The notes below the pieces were generated by a model that saw only the letters and a program-made list of their open reading frames with translations, made no database searches and was not told the origin of the DNA. A DNA stretch of 62,439 bases from Ignavibacterium sp. (lineage in GTDB: Bacteria > Bacteroidota > Ignavibacteria > Ignavibacteriales > Ignavibacteriaceae): assembly GCA_020354005.1 (NCBI GenBank), contig CP070637.1, positions 1,869,049 through 1,931,487 on the forward strand. Reading direction: 5' to 3'. The position numbers and the translations under genes were made by a program. Positions 29,801 through 38,541 of this stretch are shown piece by piece; position 1 is the first letter of the stretch, and every line of letters begins with the position of its first letter.

Positions 29801-31477
29801 TTGGCCCCCTCATTTTTGAATGCACAAACAATTTCGGATGAAGAACTGGATTCACTCTTCAACAAATTTTTACAAATGAGATATCCAGATATGAGTCTAG
29901 AAATCTCCGGACCCATTAAAGATGACGAAGCGATAGAAAAATGTGGCTTGGGATTGGTAAATTCTCTGGCTCTTAATTTTGAACGTTTAACATATCAGCA
30001 GCAACAATTGCTGAAACCCTTATTGCAAAGACCGGCTACTGACGTAAGTTTTGTTACACCTGATGGTTATTTTAGAGTGCATTATGATACTTCAGGTTTT
30101 AATGCACCCGTTTACGATTTAAGTCTTCTTGCTGATGCGTTAGATTCCACTTACCGGTTTGAAATTGATTTTCTCGGTTACAACATTCCACCGGGAGATT
30201 CTGCAGTGAATTCAGGGCAACCTCCGGACAGCTATGGAGGTGATAACCGTTATGATGTTTACATTGGAAATATTGGCAGAATTTACGGTTACACGCAATA
30301 TGAACTTGAGATTGAACCGGGCAGTGGCAGGTTCACCTCTTATATGCATATTCATAATAGTTTTGCAGGATTTTATTCGACAGGCATCAATGGTGCAAGA
30401 GTAACAGTTGCACACGAATTTCATCATGCCATTCAAGGCGGAAATTATATCTACCCGTATAATGATAGATATTTTTATGAACTAACTTCTACAGCAATGG
30501 AGGAGTTTGTGTTCGATGATGTGAATGACTACTATGATTATATGAAAAGTTACTTTAATAACCCTTCACGTCCTTTTGTAAGAAATAATGTTTTGAATGG
30601 TGATGGTTATGATATTGCTATCTGGAACATTTTTCTCGAAAAAACATTCGATTATGAATTAATAAAAAGGCAGTGGGAATTAATGCCAAGGATGAGAGCG
30701 ATTTCTGCAATAAATAACAGTCTTTTGGAAAGAGGAACATCATTTAAAAAGGAATTCAACCAGTTTGCTATCTGGATGTTTTATACAAATTACAGAGCTA
30801 TCCAGGGGAAATATTTTGAAGAGGCAGCTAACTATCCATTAGTTAAACCAATATCTGTGGTTGATTTTACCCCTCCATTTAAAACTGTTGAGGGATGGGC
30901 CAATGTAACTTCTCAAAATTATGTTCTATTTGATGAGTATGGTGGTGATGATTCTCTGGTAGCGATCATATCCAATGGGGATGTACAGAATGCTGTAGGA
31001 GATTTGAATACTACTTTAAATTACAGTTACACACTTTACTCTGATGTCTCCAGTGGCGAACGCTATTTAGCACCAAATTACTCATCTGATTTTGATGCAG
31101 AGAATTTCAATTGGTGGTCTGTTTCTGAAATACTAAACAATCTCCTTGTACGCGAAGATACGACGTCTTATTCTCCACTTGCGGAAACGAATTCTTTCGC
31201 ATTTCCAAATCCATTTGTCTATGAAAAAAACTTTAACATAATCAGCATCGCATATAACGGAAATAGTGGTGATTTAGTTGATTTTAATGTTTATTCATTA
31301 TCAATGGATTTAGTCCATTCTTCGTCCGCTCTAGTCGGCCCATTAGTAAATAACTCGTTGGGAGTTACCTGGAATGTTCTAGATGAAAATAATGGAAGAC
31401 TAGCTTCTGGTGTATACATTTATGTTATTAAAAATGGGGATGATGTTGTTAAGGGAAAGGTTGTGATTTTTAATTAA
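29801..31477 (+). CDS. putative HExxH zinc metalloprotease with a T9SS C-terminal sorting domain
   Basis: It has the motif VAHEFHHAIQG. The C-terminus is FAFPNPF...SGVYIYVIKNGDDVVKGKVVIFN. The tracked TTG start leaves only MAPSFLNAQ before the mature part. The frame is open from 29717, and ATT AAA at 29765 would give a full signal peptide. See the related finding. Confidence 0.7.
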   Translation: MAPSFLNAQTISDEELDSLFNKFLQMRYPDMSLEISGPIKDDEAIEKCGLGLVNSLALNFERLTYQQQQLLKPLLQRPATDVSFVTPDGYFRVHYDTSGFNAPVYDLSLLADALDSTYRFEIDFLGYNIPPGDSAVNSGQPPDSYGGDNRYDVYIGNIGRIYGYTQYELEIEPGSGRFTSYMHIHNSFAGFYSTGINGARVTVAHEFHHAIQGGNYIYPYNDRYFYELTSTAMEEFVFDDVNDYYDYMKSYFNNPSRPFVRNNVLNGDGYDIAIWNIFLEKTFDYELIKRQWELMPRMRAISAINNSLLERGTSFKKEFNQFAIWMFYTNYRAIQGKYFEEAANYPLVKPISVVDFTPPFKTVEGWANVTSQNYVLFDEYGGDDSLVAIISNGDVQNAVGDLNTTLNYSYTLYSDVSSGERYLAPNYSSDFDAENFNWWSVSEILNNLLVREDTTSYSPLAETNSFAFPNPFVYEKNFNIISIAYNGNSGDLVDFNVYSLSMDLVHSSSALVGPLVNNSLGVTWNVLDENNGRLASGVYIYVIKNGDDVVKGKVVIFN

Positions 31478-31595
31478 TTTAAAGACACTTCATTCATTTA
31501 CGCTTTCAATTTTCTATATCCCTCGTTACAAAATAAAAGCTTATTTTTGTACTCTTTAATTTTTACAAAAGTTTATTAGAACCTAAAAAATCTAA

Positions 31596-32234
31596 ATGAG
31601 AAATTATTCCGTATCTGCCATCGATTTGAATATGACCTTTGGTAGAAGACTGATTTTTAATGGAATTAATTTCAGTTTTGATGAAAAAGGAATTTATGGA
31701 ATATCCGGTCCGAATGGTTCTGGCAAATCAACTCTCGTAAAGATAATGGCCGGTCTATTAACCCCATCAAAAGGTAAGATTATTCATAAAAGCTCTGATA
31801 AAGAAATCATTCCGGAAAAGCTCCACAACTATATCGGTTTTGTTTCGCCTTATCTAGTTTTGTACGAGGAATTTTCTGCCTGGGAAAATCTTATTTATTA
31901 TGAAAAAATAAGGGGAATTCTTCTTGATCGAGATTTAGTAAAAGAATTACTTAAAAGGTTCTTGCTTTACAACAGAAGAGACGATTTAATTAAAACTTAC
32001 TCATCAGGAATGAAACAAAGGATGAAATTTGTTTTTGCACTCATTCATAAACCGCAGCTTTTAATTCTTGATGAACCAACCTCCAATCTGGATGAAGAAG
32101 GAAAAGCAAGTGCATATGATTTAATAAAAGCTAAAGCAGAAAAAAGCATTGTTGTGATTGCTTCAAACGAACAAACAGATTTGGACCTATGCAGTGAGAC
32201 CTTGGACTTGAAAAATTATAAAGCAGTTAACTGA
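31596..32234 (+). CDS. ccmA: haem exporter ABC ATP-binding protein CcmA
   Basis: Walker A is GPNGSGKST, the signature is YSSGMKQR and Walker B is LLILDEP. The assignment rests on its position at the head of the ccmBCDEF cluster. Confidence 0.8.
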   Translation: MRNYSVSAIDLNMTFGRRLIFNGINFSFDEKGIYGISGPNGSGKSTLVKIMAGLLTPSKGKIIHKSSDKEIIPEKLHNYIGFVSPYLVLYEEFSAWENLIYYEKIRGILLDRDLVKELLKRFLLYNRRDDLIKTYSSGMKQRMKFVFALIHKPQLLILDEPTSNLDEEGKASAYDLIKAKAEKSIVVIASNEQTDLDLCSETLDLKNYKAVN

Positions 32235-32240
32235 ATTATT

Positions 32241-32906
32241 ATGTTCTCAAAAGCATTTGCAGTTTTTCAAAAAGATTTTCATTCGGAGATAAGAACCCGT
32301 TACGCAATAAACTCACTTGCTATGTTCATCATAGTGGCGATCAGTGTTATTCTTTTTGCAGTGGGACAGGAAAAAATTTCAGAAGCTTTAACAGGCGGAC
32401 TTTTTTGGGTGGTTATTTTCTTTACTGCAATGTCCGGTCTTGCACGTGCATTTGTTTCCGAGGAGGAGAGAGGGACATCTTTAACACTGCAGCTTACAGC
32501 ATCTCCATCTATTGTTTTCTCAGGCAAGCTCATATTTAATGTTATCCTTGTCTTCTGCATGAACACAGTTATTGCATTGTTGTACGCTGCTCTTTTTGAA
32601 TCATTTATTATTCAAAACTTTTTGCTGTTTTTTCTCTCATTTGTATTTGGAAATATTGGTTTAGCCATTTCATCAACCATTATTGCTGCTATTATTGCAA
32701 AAGCGGGCGCTAAAGGAACTCTGTATCCGGTGCTCTCATTTCCCATATTATTACCTTTGATTCTATCGTCGGTTCAGTTAACTTTGTTTGCTTTGGATGG
32801 CACAACTATTGAACAAGCTAAGTTTGAATTAGCAATTGTTGTTAGTTACGATGTTGTGATGCTTACAGTATCCTACTTGCTGTTCGATTTTATTTGGAAA
32901 GATTAA
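32241..32906 (+). CDS. ccmB: haem exporter membrane protein CcmB
   Basis: 221 aa with six TM segments. It has a CcmB-like FxxExxxGTxxxL motif (FVSEEERGTSLTLQL). It sits between ccmA and ccmC. Confidence 0.8.
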   Translation: MFSKAFAVFQKDFHSEIRTRYAINSLAMFIIVAISVILFAVGQEKISEALTGGLFWVVIFFTAMSGLARAFVSEEERGTSLTLQLTASPSIVFSGKLIFNVILVFCMNTVIALLYAALFESFIIQNFLLFFLSFVFGNIGLAISSTIIAAIIAKAGAKGTLYPVLSFPILLPLILSSVQLTLFALDGTTIEQAKFELAIVVSYDVVMLTVSYLLFDFIWKD

Positions 32907-32937
32907 CAAAATCCTCAATTATTTTAATGTTTTTGTT

Positions 32938-33642
32938 ATGCCCTGGAAAATAATACTGTTTCTACTCCTTTCGTTTGTCTCAATTGCGGGAATTGCTTTT
33001 CCCATTGTTGAGAATCCGCAGACATGGTACGAGTTTCCAAATATTCCCGGTTTAGAAGAAAACGCAAAGATAATATTCTTCCATGTTCCAACAGCATGGC
33101 TATCTCTTATTGCTTTTCTTATGTCGACAGTTTTCAGTTTTAGATATTTAAAAAGGAAAGATCTGGATGATGATGCAAAAGCATATAGTTCTGCTCAACT
33201 TGGGATGATTTTTTGCATTCTTGCCACAGTAACCGGATCGGTTTGGGCTAAATTTGCCTGGGGTGCATTTTGGAGCTGGGATCCAAGGCAGACAAGCATC
33301 TTTGCATTGCTGTTAATTTACGGAGCACTTTTCGCTCTCCGCTCATCAATCGAATCGGAAGAGAAACGAGCTACACTTTCGGCAGTATATTCATTGATTG
33401 CATTTGTTACTGTACCGTTTTTTATATTTATCATGCCTCGAATTATGAAGGGTTTGCATCCCGGTTCCGCTGATGATACAAATGCTGGTCCGGTAGTAAA
33501 CTTTAATATGAATTCCAGTATGCTGCTAATCTTCTTTCTTTCGCTAATAGGATTTACAATTTTATATTTTTGGATGTGGAAAGTAAGTTACAAGTCGATA
33601 ATTTATCAGGATAAACTAAATAAAAATTTAATTAGAGGATAA
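32938..33642 (+). CDS. ccmC: haem exporter / cytochrome c assembly protein CcmC
   Basis: It has the WWD-type tryptophan-rich motif WAKFAWGAFWSWDPRQT plus flanking conserved His residues (FFHVP; the second His lies in GLHPG). Confidence 0.9.
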   Translation: MPWKIILFLLLSFVSIAGIAFPIVENPQTWYEFPNIPGLEENAKIIFFHVPTAWLSLIAFLMSTVFSFRYLKRKDLDDDAKAYSSAQLGMIFCILATVTGSVWAKFAWGAFWSWDPRQTSIFALLLIYGALFALRSSIESEEKRATLSAVYSLIAFVTVPFFIFIMPRIMKGLHPGSADDTNAGPVVNFNMNSSMLLIFFLSLIGFTILYFWMWKVSYKSIIYQDKLNKNLIRG

Positions 33643-33644
33643 AA

Positions 33645-33797
33645 TTGGAGAGTTTTTTATCAAATAATGCAATTTACATTGTGATGATTATTGTTCTTAT
33701 TGTTTGGGCTGGGATTTTTTTCTATTTGTTCAGCCTGGATAAAAGAATAAAAAGTGTTGAAAAAGAATTAAAAGACGGAGTAAAAAATGAAGAATAA
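33645..33797 (+). CDS. ccmD: CcmD-family small membrane protein (50 aa, not in the ORF track)
   Basis: My own translation from the TTG at 33645 is LESFLSNNAIYIVMIIVLIVWAGIFFYLFSLDKRIKSVEKELKDGVKNEE*. This is a single TM helix followed by a basic tail, located between ccmC and ccmE. It overlaps the ccmE start by 11 nt. Alternative starts are the GTG at 33681 and the ATG at 33684. Confidence 0.6.
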   Translation: MESFLSNNAIYIVMIIVLIVWAGIFFYLFSLDKRIKSVEKELKDGVKNEE

Positions 33798-34179
33798 ATA
33801 TATATTCGGTGGTTTTATCATAGTTGTATTTCTTGGAATTATGGGTTACCTGTTTACCCAAAGTAACATCCAGTACCAGGATGATTTTACCCAGGTGATG
33901 AAAACCAGCAAAACTGTAAAAGCGACTGGAAGCTGGGTAAAAGAAAAGAACTACCAGATTGATAAAGTGAACAAAACTTTTTCTTTCTACATAGTAGATG
34001 CTAACGGCAACGAAATGAAAGTAGTCTACAATGGTACTATACCAAATAACTTCGAATCAGCTACAAGTGTTGTTGTAACAGGGAAATATGTTGAGGGGTA
34101 TTTTCACGCGAAAGATATCTTAACTAAATGCCCAAGTAAGTACGAAGAGCAACAACAAGTACAAACTTCAAATTTGTAA
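33787..34179 (+). CDS. ccmE: cytochrome c maturation haem chaperone CcmE, CxxxY variant
   Basis: 130 aa. It has an N-terminal TM anchor, an OB-fold-like body (KATGSWVKE...FYIVD...MKVVYNG..P) and a C-terminal LTKCPSKY motif (Cys codon at 34129..34131, Tyr codon at 34141..34143). Confidence 0.85.
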   Translation: MKNKYIFGGFIIVVFLGIMGYLFTQSNIQYQDDFTQVMKTSKTVKATGSWVKEKNYQIDKVNKTFSFYIVDANGNEMKVVYNGTIPNNFESATSVVVTGKYVEGYFHAKDILTKCPSKYEEQQQVQTSNL

Positions 34180-34217
34180 TACAAATACAACTTTAAGATT
34201 TAATTGGAGATGAATTT

Positions 34218-36629
34218 ATGATAGGTTCTATCGTTCTTGTATTTGCTCTTGCTGCAAGCATAATGGCAATGGTTATGTACTATTTAAATTTCAAGGGTTA
34301 CAAGAACACTATAAATTATGCAAGGATTTCCTACCATACAATGGCAGTGTTAGTAATTGTTGCCTCTACTTTGGTGTGGCATGCACTTTTAACACATCAG
34401 TATCAGTATAAATACGTTTTCAGCTACAGTAATAATTCTTTATCAACTGGATTCCTAATCTCTTCCTTTTGGGGCGGACAGGAGGGGAGTTTTATGTTGT
34501 GGTTGCTCATAACAGCAATCATTGGAATTTTTCTCCAATCCTATGCATCAAAGCGTAACGATCTTGAACCTCGCGTAATGACTGTCTTCGCCCTGGCAAC
34601 TAGTTTTCTCCTTCTAATGGTTTCACCATGGTTCAAGAATCCGTTTGAGCTTATTTGGGCAACTCCAATGTTCCTTGAACTTAAATCGATCAATCCTGAA
34701 TATCTTAACTTACCATTTCTTCAATCTTTCTTCTTTACAGATCAGTCTGCTGGAACCAGTTTTATTCAAGCTAATCCCGAGCTTAATAATCTGCTAGCCG
34801 GTGCTGGTGTTTCTATGAACCAGTTTATAGCTGATGGAAGAGGATTGAATCCGCAGCTACTAAACTTTTGGATGCAAATTCATCCGCCAATTCTTTTTGT
34901 AGGTTTTGGAATGTCAACTGTTCCATTTGCATTTGCGTTAGCAGCTTTAATGAAGAACGATTACAGGGATTGGGTAAGGCAAGCATTTCCGTGGCTTCTT
35001 GCTGGAATGGGAATACTTGGATTAGGGATTATGCTAGGCGGCTATTGGGCTTACGAAATGCTTGGCTGGGGTGGTTATTGGGCCTGGGACCCGGTTGAAA
35101 ACTCAAGCCTGATTCCATGGATTATCGGCGTTGCCGGTATTCACACTCTACTTGTACAACGAAAGAGTCAAAGCAAGGGAGGAATAGGCAAGTTTGCAAA
35201 GACTAATCTTATATTGTGCATCCTCACATATATTTTAGTACTGTACAGTACTTTCTTAACGAGAAGTGGTGTGCTTGGTGATGCATCTGTTCACTCCTTT
35301 GTTGATCCCGGTATGACAGTTTACTTATTCCTCCTCCTTTTTATTGGAACATTTTTATTATTGGGTTTGGGGGCAATTGTATACAGATGGAATTCATTAA
35401 ACGAAGAAACTCCGGCTGAAGAAAATCTTCTCTCCCGTGAACTTGCTTTATTTACTGCAGCAGTAGTCCTAATTGCTTCTGCAATAATAGTATTTGTAGG
35501 CACATCTGCACCTATGTTTGGCCAATCAGTAGATACCTTTTTCTATAACGAAATGAATCTGCCCATAGCAATTATAATTGGTTTACTAAACGGATTGAGC
35601 TTGCTTATTAAATGGAGACACACTGAAAAACAAGACATTTTCAGAAAGTCAGTCCCATCAGTGGTAATTGCATTTGTGTTCACACTTGTGCTTGTTTTAT
35701 TCGGCGGAGTTGATGATATAATGCTCGTACTTTTAGCCTTTTCCATGGCGTTTGCTTTGGTTGTTAATACAGAGATAGCTATTAAAATAATTAAGGGCAA
35801 CAAAAAAATGTTAGGGGCTTATATATCGCATATAGGTATTGCTGTTTTTGTTCTCGGTGTTATTGGTTCAGCAGCCTACAGCAAGCAGGTAGATGTTGAT
35901 CTTAAAAAAAATCAGACAACAAGTGCATTTGGTTATGAAATGACATTTACCGGATGGGAGCCTATTGATAATAACACAAAATATTCTTTTAATATTGATG
36001 TAAAAAAAGGCGGCTCTGATTATCAAGTTAAACCGGTTATGTATATAAGTGAGTTTAACAACAGCCTGATGCGGATTCCGGCTATTCTTACTCTTCCCAC
36101 ACAAGATTTTTATGTTTCTCCTAATGGCTATGAAGATGGAACAGCAGATGCAAATCATAACACGAAAAGAATCTCACTAAAAAAGGGGGGTAGTACTGAA
36201 TTTAATGGTGCACAAATTACCTTCACTTCATTTAATCTTGGTGCTGAAACTATGGCAGCTATGCAGGAAGGTCGTGACTTTCAAATGGGTGCAATATTAA
36301 AGCTTGAGAAGGATGGCAAAGAAAAAGAATTTGAACTGCTAAGGAAATCTGTTGGTGGGAAAATCGAATTCACTTCATTCACTTCCGAAGAACATGATCT
36401 TAAAATTGATTTAGTAAACCTTGCTGCCGGAAACGTTGAAATTTCAGTTTCCAGGCTTACTGATGACGGTCATGATCATTCGAATGATGCTAAAGAGGAA
36501 GTATTGTCTGTTAGTGCCAGCATAAAACCATTTATCAACTTTGTATGGATTGGTGTTGCTGTAATGGTATTCGGATTCTTTGTTTCTATGACAAGACGGT
36601 TACAGGAGTCTATGAAAAAACAAGAATAG
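34218..36629 (+). CDS. ccmF: cytochrome c-type biogenesis protein CcmF (haem lyase component)
   Basis: 803 aa and polytopic. It has the WWD motif WGGYWAWDPVENSS, a CcmF_C-like periplasmic domain and a final TM helix. Confidence 0.92.
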   Translation: MIGSIVLVFALAASIMAMVMYYLNFKGYKNTINYARISYHTMAVLVIVASTLVWHALLTHQYQYKYVFSYSNNSLSTGFLISSFWGGQEGSFMLWLLITAIIGIFLQSYASKRNDLEPRVMTVFALATSFLLLMVSPWFKNPFELIWATPMFLELKSINPEYLNLPFLQSFFFTDQSAGTSFIQANPELNNLLAGAGVSMNQFIADGRGLNPQLLNFWMQIHPPILFVGFGMSTVPFAFALAALMKNDYRDWVRQAFPWLLAGMGILGLGIMLGGYWAYEMLGWGGYWAWDPVENSSLIPWIIGVAGIHTLLVQRKSQSKGGIGKFAKTNLILCILTYILVLYSTFLTRSGVLGDASVHSFVDPGMTVYLFLLLFIGTFLLLGLGAIVYRWNSLNEETPAEENLLSRELALFTAAVVLIASAIIVFVGTSAPMFGQSVDTFFYNEMNLPIAIIIGLLNGLSLLIKWRHTEKQDIFRKSVPSVVIAFVFTLVLVLFGGVDDIMLVLLAFSMAFALVVNTEIAIKIIKGNKKMLGAYISHIGIAVFVLGVIGSAAYSKQVDVDLKKNQTTSAFGYEMTFTGWEPIDNNTKYSFNIDVKKGGSDYQVKPVMYISEFNNSLMRIPAILTLPTQDFYVSPNGYEDGTADANHNTKRISLKKGGSTEFNGAQITFTSFNLGAETMAAMQEGRDFQMGAILKLEKDGKEKEFELLRKSVGGKIEFTSFTSEEHDLKIDLVNLAAGNVEISVSRLTDDGHDHSNDAKEEVLSVSASIKPFINFVWIGVAVMVFGFFVSMTRRLQESMKKQE

Positions 36630-36670
36630 GATTTTTAGCTGCATATTTTATCTCTGAAATTATATAGATT

Positions 36671-36701
36671 AAAGCCCCTCTTAAATTTGGTGGGGCTTTT
36701 T
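36671..36701. terminator. hairpin plus T-run after ccmF, abutting the stop of the convergent rhodanese-like gene
   Basis: aaagcccc tcttaaatttggt ggggcttt is followed by tt. It is preceded by an A/T-rich stretch, so it could act on both strands. Confidence 0.6.
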
Positions 36702-37728
36702 AGTTTCCCGTTTCATATTCAAAATTATTTATGTCAGAATCTGAAAAAGCATAATCGAATAATTCCTGATCATCTATCATTCTGGTGTAAAATAATTTAT
36801 TCCCGCCAAACAAATGTGTTCGGGCACTATAGCCAAGCACTCTAAGATACGCTACTAAGCCGGCACTTAACTGTCCGTTATATCCGTAAACTGTTATTTT
36901 TTGGTTAAGAGGTAAAGTCTGAAGAAACTCAGTGCTTCTGAAATGATAAAAAGGTGAATCTTCGTATGAGACTGTTCCATCAGGGTGCCCAAGACCTGGC
37001 ATTGTACCGGAAATTCTGGCGTTATAAAGTCTACTTTTTCCATAACATATTAGGTAGTCATCATTCAAGATACTTATACTAAGGATGTATTCTTTATTAA
37101 AATTAAAACCGGCTCTAACAATTTCCTCAATTCGTAATTTGATGTTCTCTTCAACTGAAGAATTTGGGTCGGCAAATATAATTTGCGGCAAATCAGTAAA
37201 TTCATTTTTTGGAAAAGCTTCATTAGTATATGAAGTAACATTCGGGGAATCGCCCACTGTGTTCAACCAGGAGTCTGCAAAATCTCTATTCCAGGATGCC
37301 ATACCATATTTAAGTGAAAGGACTTTATTAAAACCAGCTAAGCGAAGTAAAGATGCAAAGTATGCAGAACTCTGGCCGTTTTTACTTACCAAAATAACTT
37401 TGGTATAGTTTGAATCATGATTCTCTTCAACAAATGAGTAAAGTGAATCGGAAGATTTATTTATTGCATTACGAATGTGACCGACTAAGTAGTCATCGGG
37501 GTTACGTAAATCAATTACCAGATAACCATCTAAGTTTATATTTACATCCTCCGCATCTGCCAGGGGAGGGGCTAAATTTGAATTAATAAAATCTCCATTT
37601 GATTCAAAGTACAACAGCATCTCTGCAGTGGTGGTTAACTCACCTGTAAAGGGAGGTGGTGTGATATCCTCCAAACAACCGTAGAGTATTAGTATGGAAG
37701 CGATTAGAAATTTAAATTGATTACTCAT
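36700..37728 (-). CDS. lipoprotein with two rhodanese-homology domains, both lacking the catalytic Cys
   Basis: The lipobox is ILILYGC. Domain 1 reads LVIDLRNPDDYLVGHIRNAIN...KVILVSKNGQSSAYFASLLRLAGF. Domain 2 reads ITVYGYNGQLSAGLVAYLRVLGY. The active-site loop position is Ser in domain 1 and Gly in domain 2. Confidence 0.7.
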   Translation of the reverse strand: MSNQFKFLIASILILYGCLEDITPPPFTGELTTTAEMLLYFESNGDFINSNLAPPLADAEDVNINLDGYLVIDLRNPDDYLVGHIRNAINKSSDSLYSFVEENHDSNYTKVILVSKNGQSSAYFASLLRLAGFNKVLSLKYGMASWNRDFADSWLNTVGDSPNVTSYTNEAFPKNEFTDLPQIIFADPNSSVEENIKLRIEEIVRAGFNFNKEYILSISILNDDYLICYGKSRLYNARISGTMPGLGHPDGTVSYEDSPFYHFRSTEFLQTLPLNQKITVYGYNGQLSAGLVAYLRVLGYSARTHLFGGNKLFYTRMIDDQELFDYAFSDSDINNFEYETGN

Positions 37729-37741
37729 TTATTCTTTCCCT

Positions 37742-38539
37742 TCATTCAACACTTACATGAATACTTTCAGCAACTCCAATAAACATCCCAATAACGTTAT
37801 CTCCTTGCACATTCCACTCAACTGATCCGCCACCTTGAATGAATGGATCATTTATTCCCTGACTGGAGGTGCGCGAATCAAAATAAGGTTTAAAGGCTTT
37901 ATCAAACGCGAACACTTGAATTAATCTGCTGCCATCATAAATAGAAGAACGATATTGTTCTGGTAATGATGAGGATCTGACACCTACCGTTGAGTTACCA
38001 GTTATGAACTGTGGCACAGATACCGAAAAATAGTCTGGGGCTCTTTCAACAGTTGAGGAACTAATAATCCACAAAGCAGAATATACTTCATCTTGAAACG
38101 AACGCACTTCTGCCTCAAGATAATAGCCGCTTTGATTATAATTAGATTGCACTATTATTGGGATTTCCGGTATGTAGGTTTTACTATAAATAAAAGTTTC
38201 ATCACGTTCGGCAAACAACTCGTAAACCTGACCACTTTCAATATAAAATTCGTACAATGACTGGTATAACCCTTCGGAGTTATAATGTAATGGAATAATC
38301 TGTGTGCTGTCTATTCTTAAGTATGCGCTTATATTTTTCAGTTCCGCCTGTTCGATATTATACTGTGTACCCAAAGGTAAAGTTTTTGTAAATCGCACAC
38401 CCGGAAATCTTTCATCCGGTCTCAACTCTGCTTGCACTACTGTAAATTCTTCATGGGCAATACTCGTGTTTACAACCTGTTCATTTTCGCAACCGATTAG
38501 AGGAAAAAATAAAGTTGTTATTAGAAATATTTTTTTCAT
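37742..38539 (-). CDS. DUF4249-like lipoprotein (usual partner of a TonB-dependent receptor)
   Basis: MKKIFLITTLFFPLIGCEN is a lipoprotein signal, using the ATG at 38539, 2 nt after the receptor stop. The track begins at 38548. Size and position immediately downstream of a CarboxypepD_reg-type TonB receptor fit DUF4249. Confidence 0.55.
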   Translation of the reverse strand: MKKIFLITTLFFPLIGCENEQVVNTSIAHEEFTVVQAELRPDERFPGVRFTKTLPLGTQYNIEQAELKNISAYLRIDSTQIIPLHYNSEGLYQSLYEFYIESGQVYELFAERDETFIYSKTYIPEIPIIVQSNYNQSGYYLEAEVRSFQDEVYSALWIISSSTVERAPDYFSVSVPQFITGNSTVGVRSSSLPEQYRSSIYDGSRLIQVFAFDKAFKPYFDSRTSSQGINDPFIQGGGSVEWNVQGDNVIGMFIGVAESIHVSVE

Positions 38540-38541
38540 TT

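Noticed and set aside
27612-29803. Possibility that the 720-aa propeller and the HExxH protease are one gene split by a frameshift.
   Set aside because: The downstream frame opens only 58 nt before the upstream stop, and it encodes a typical signal-peptide h-region and AQ cleavage site there. This argues for a separate secreted protein rather than a fusion.
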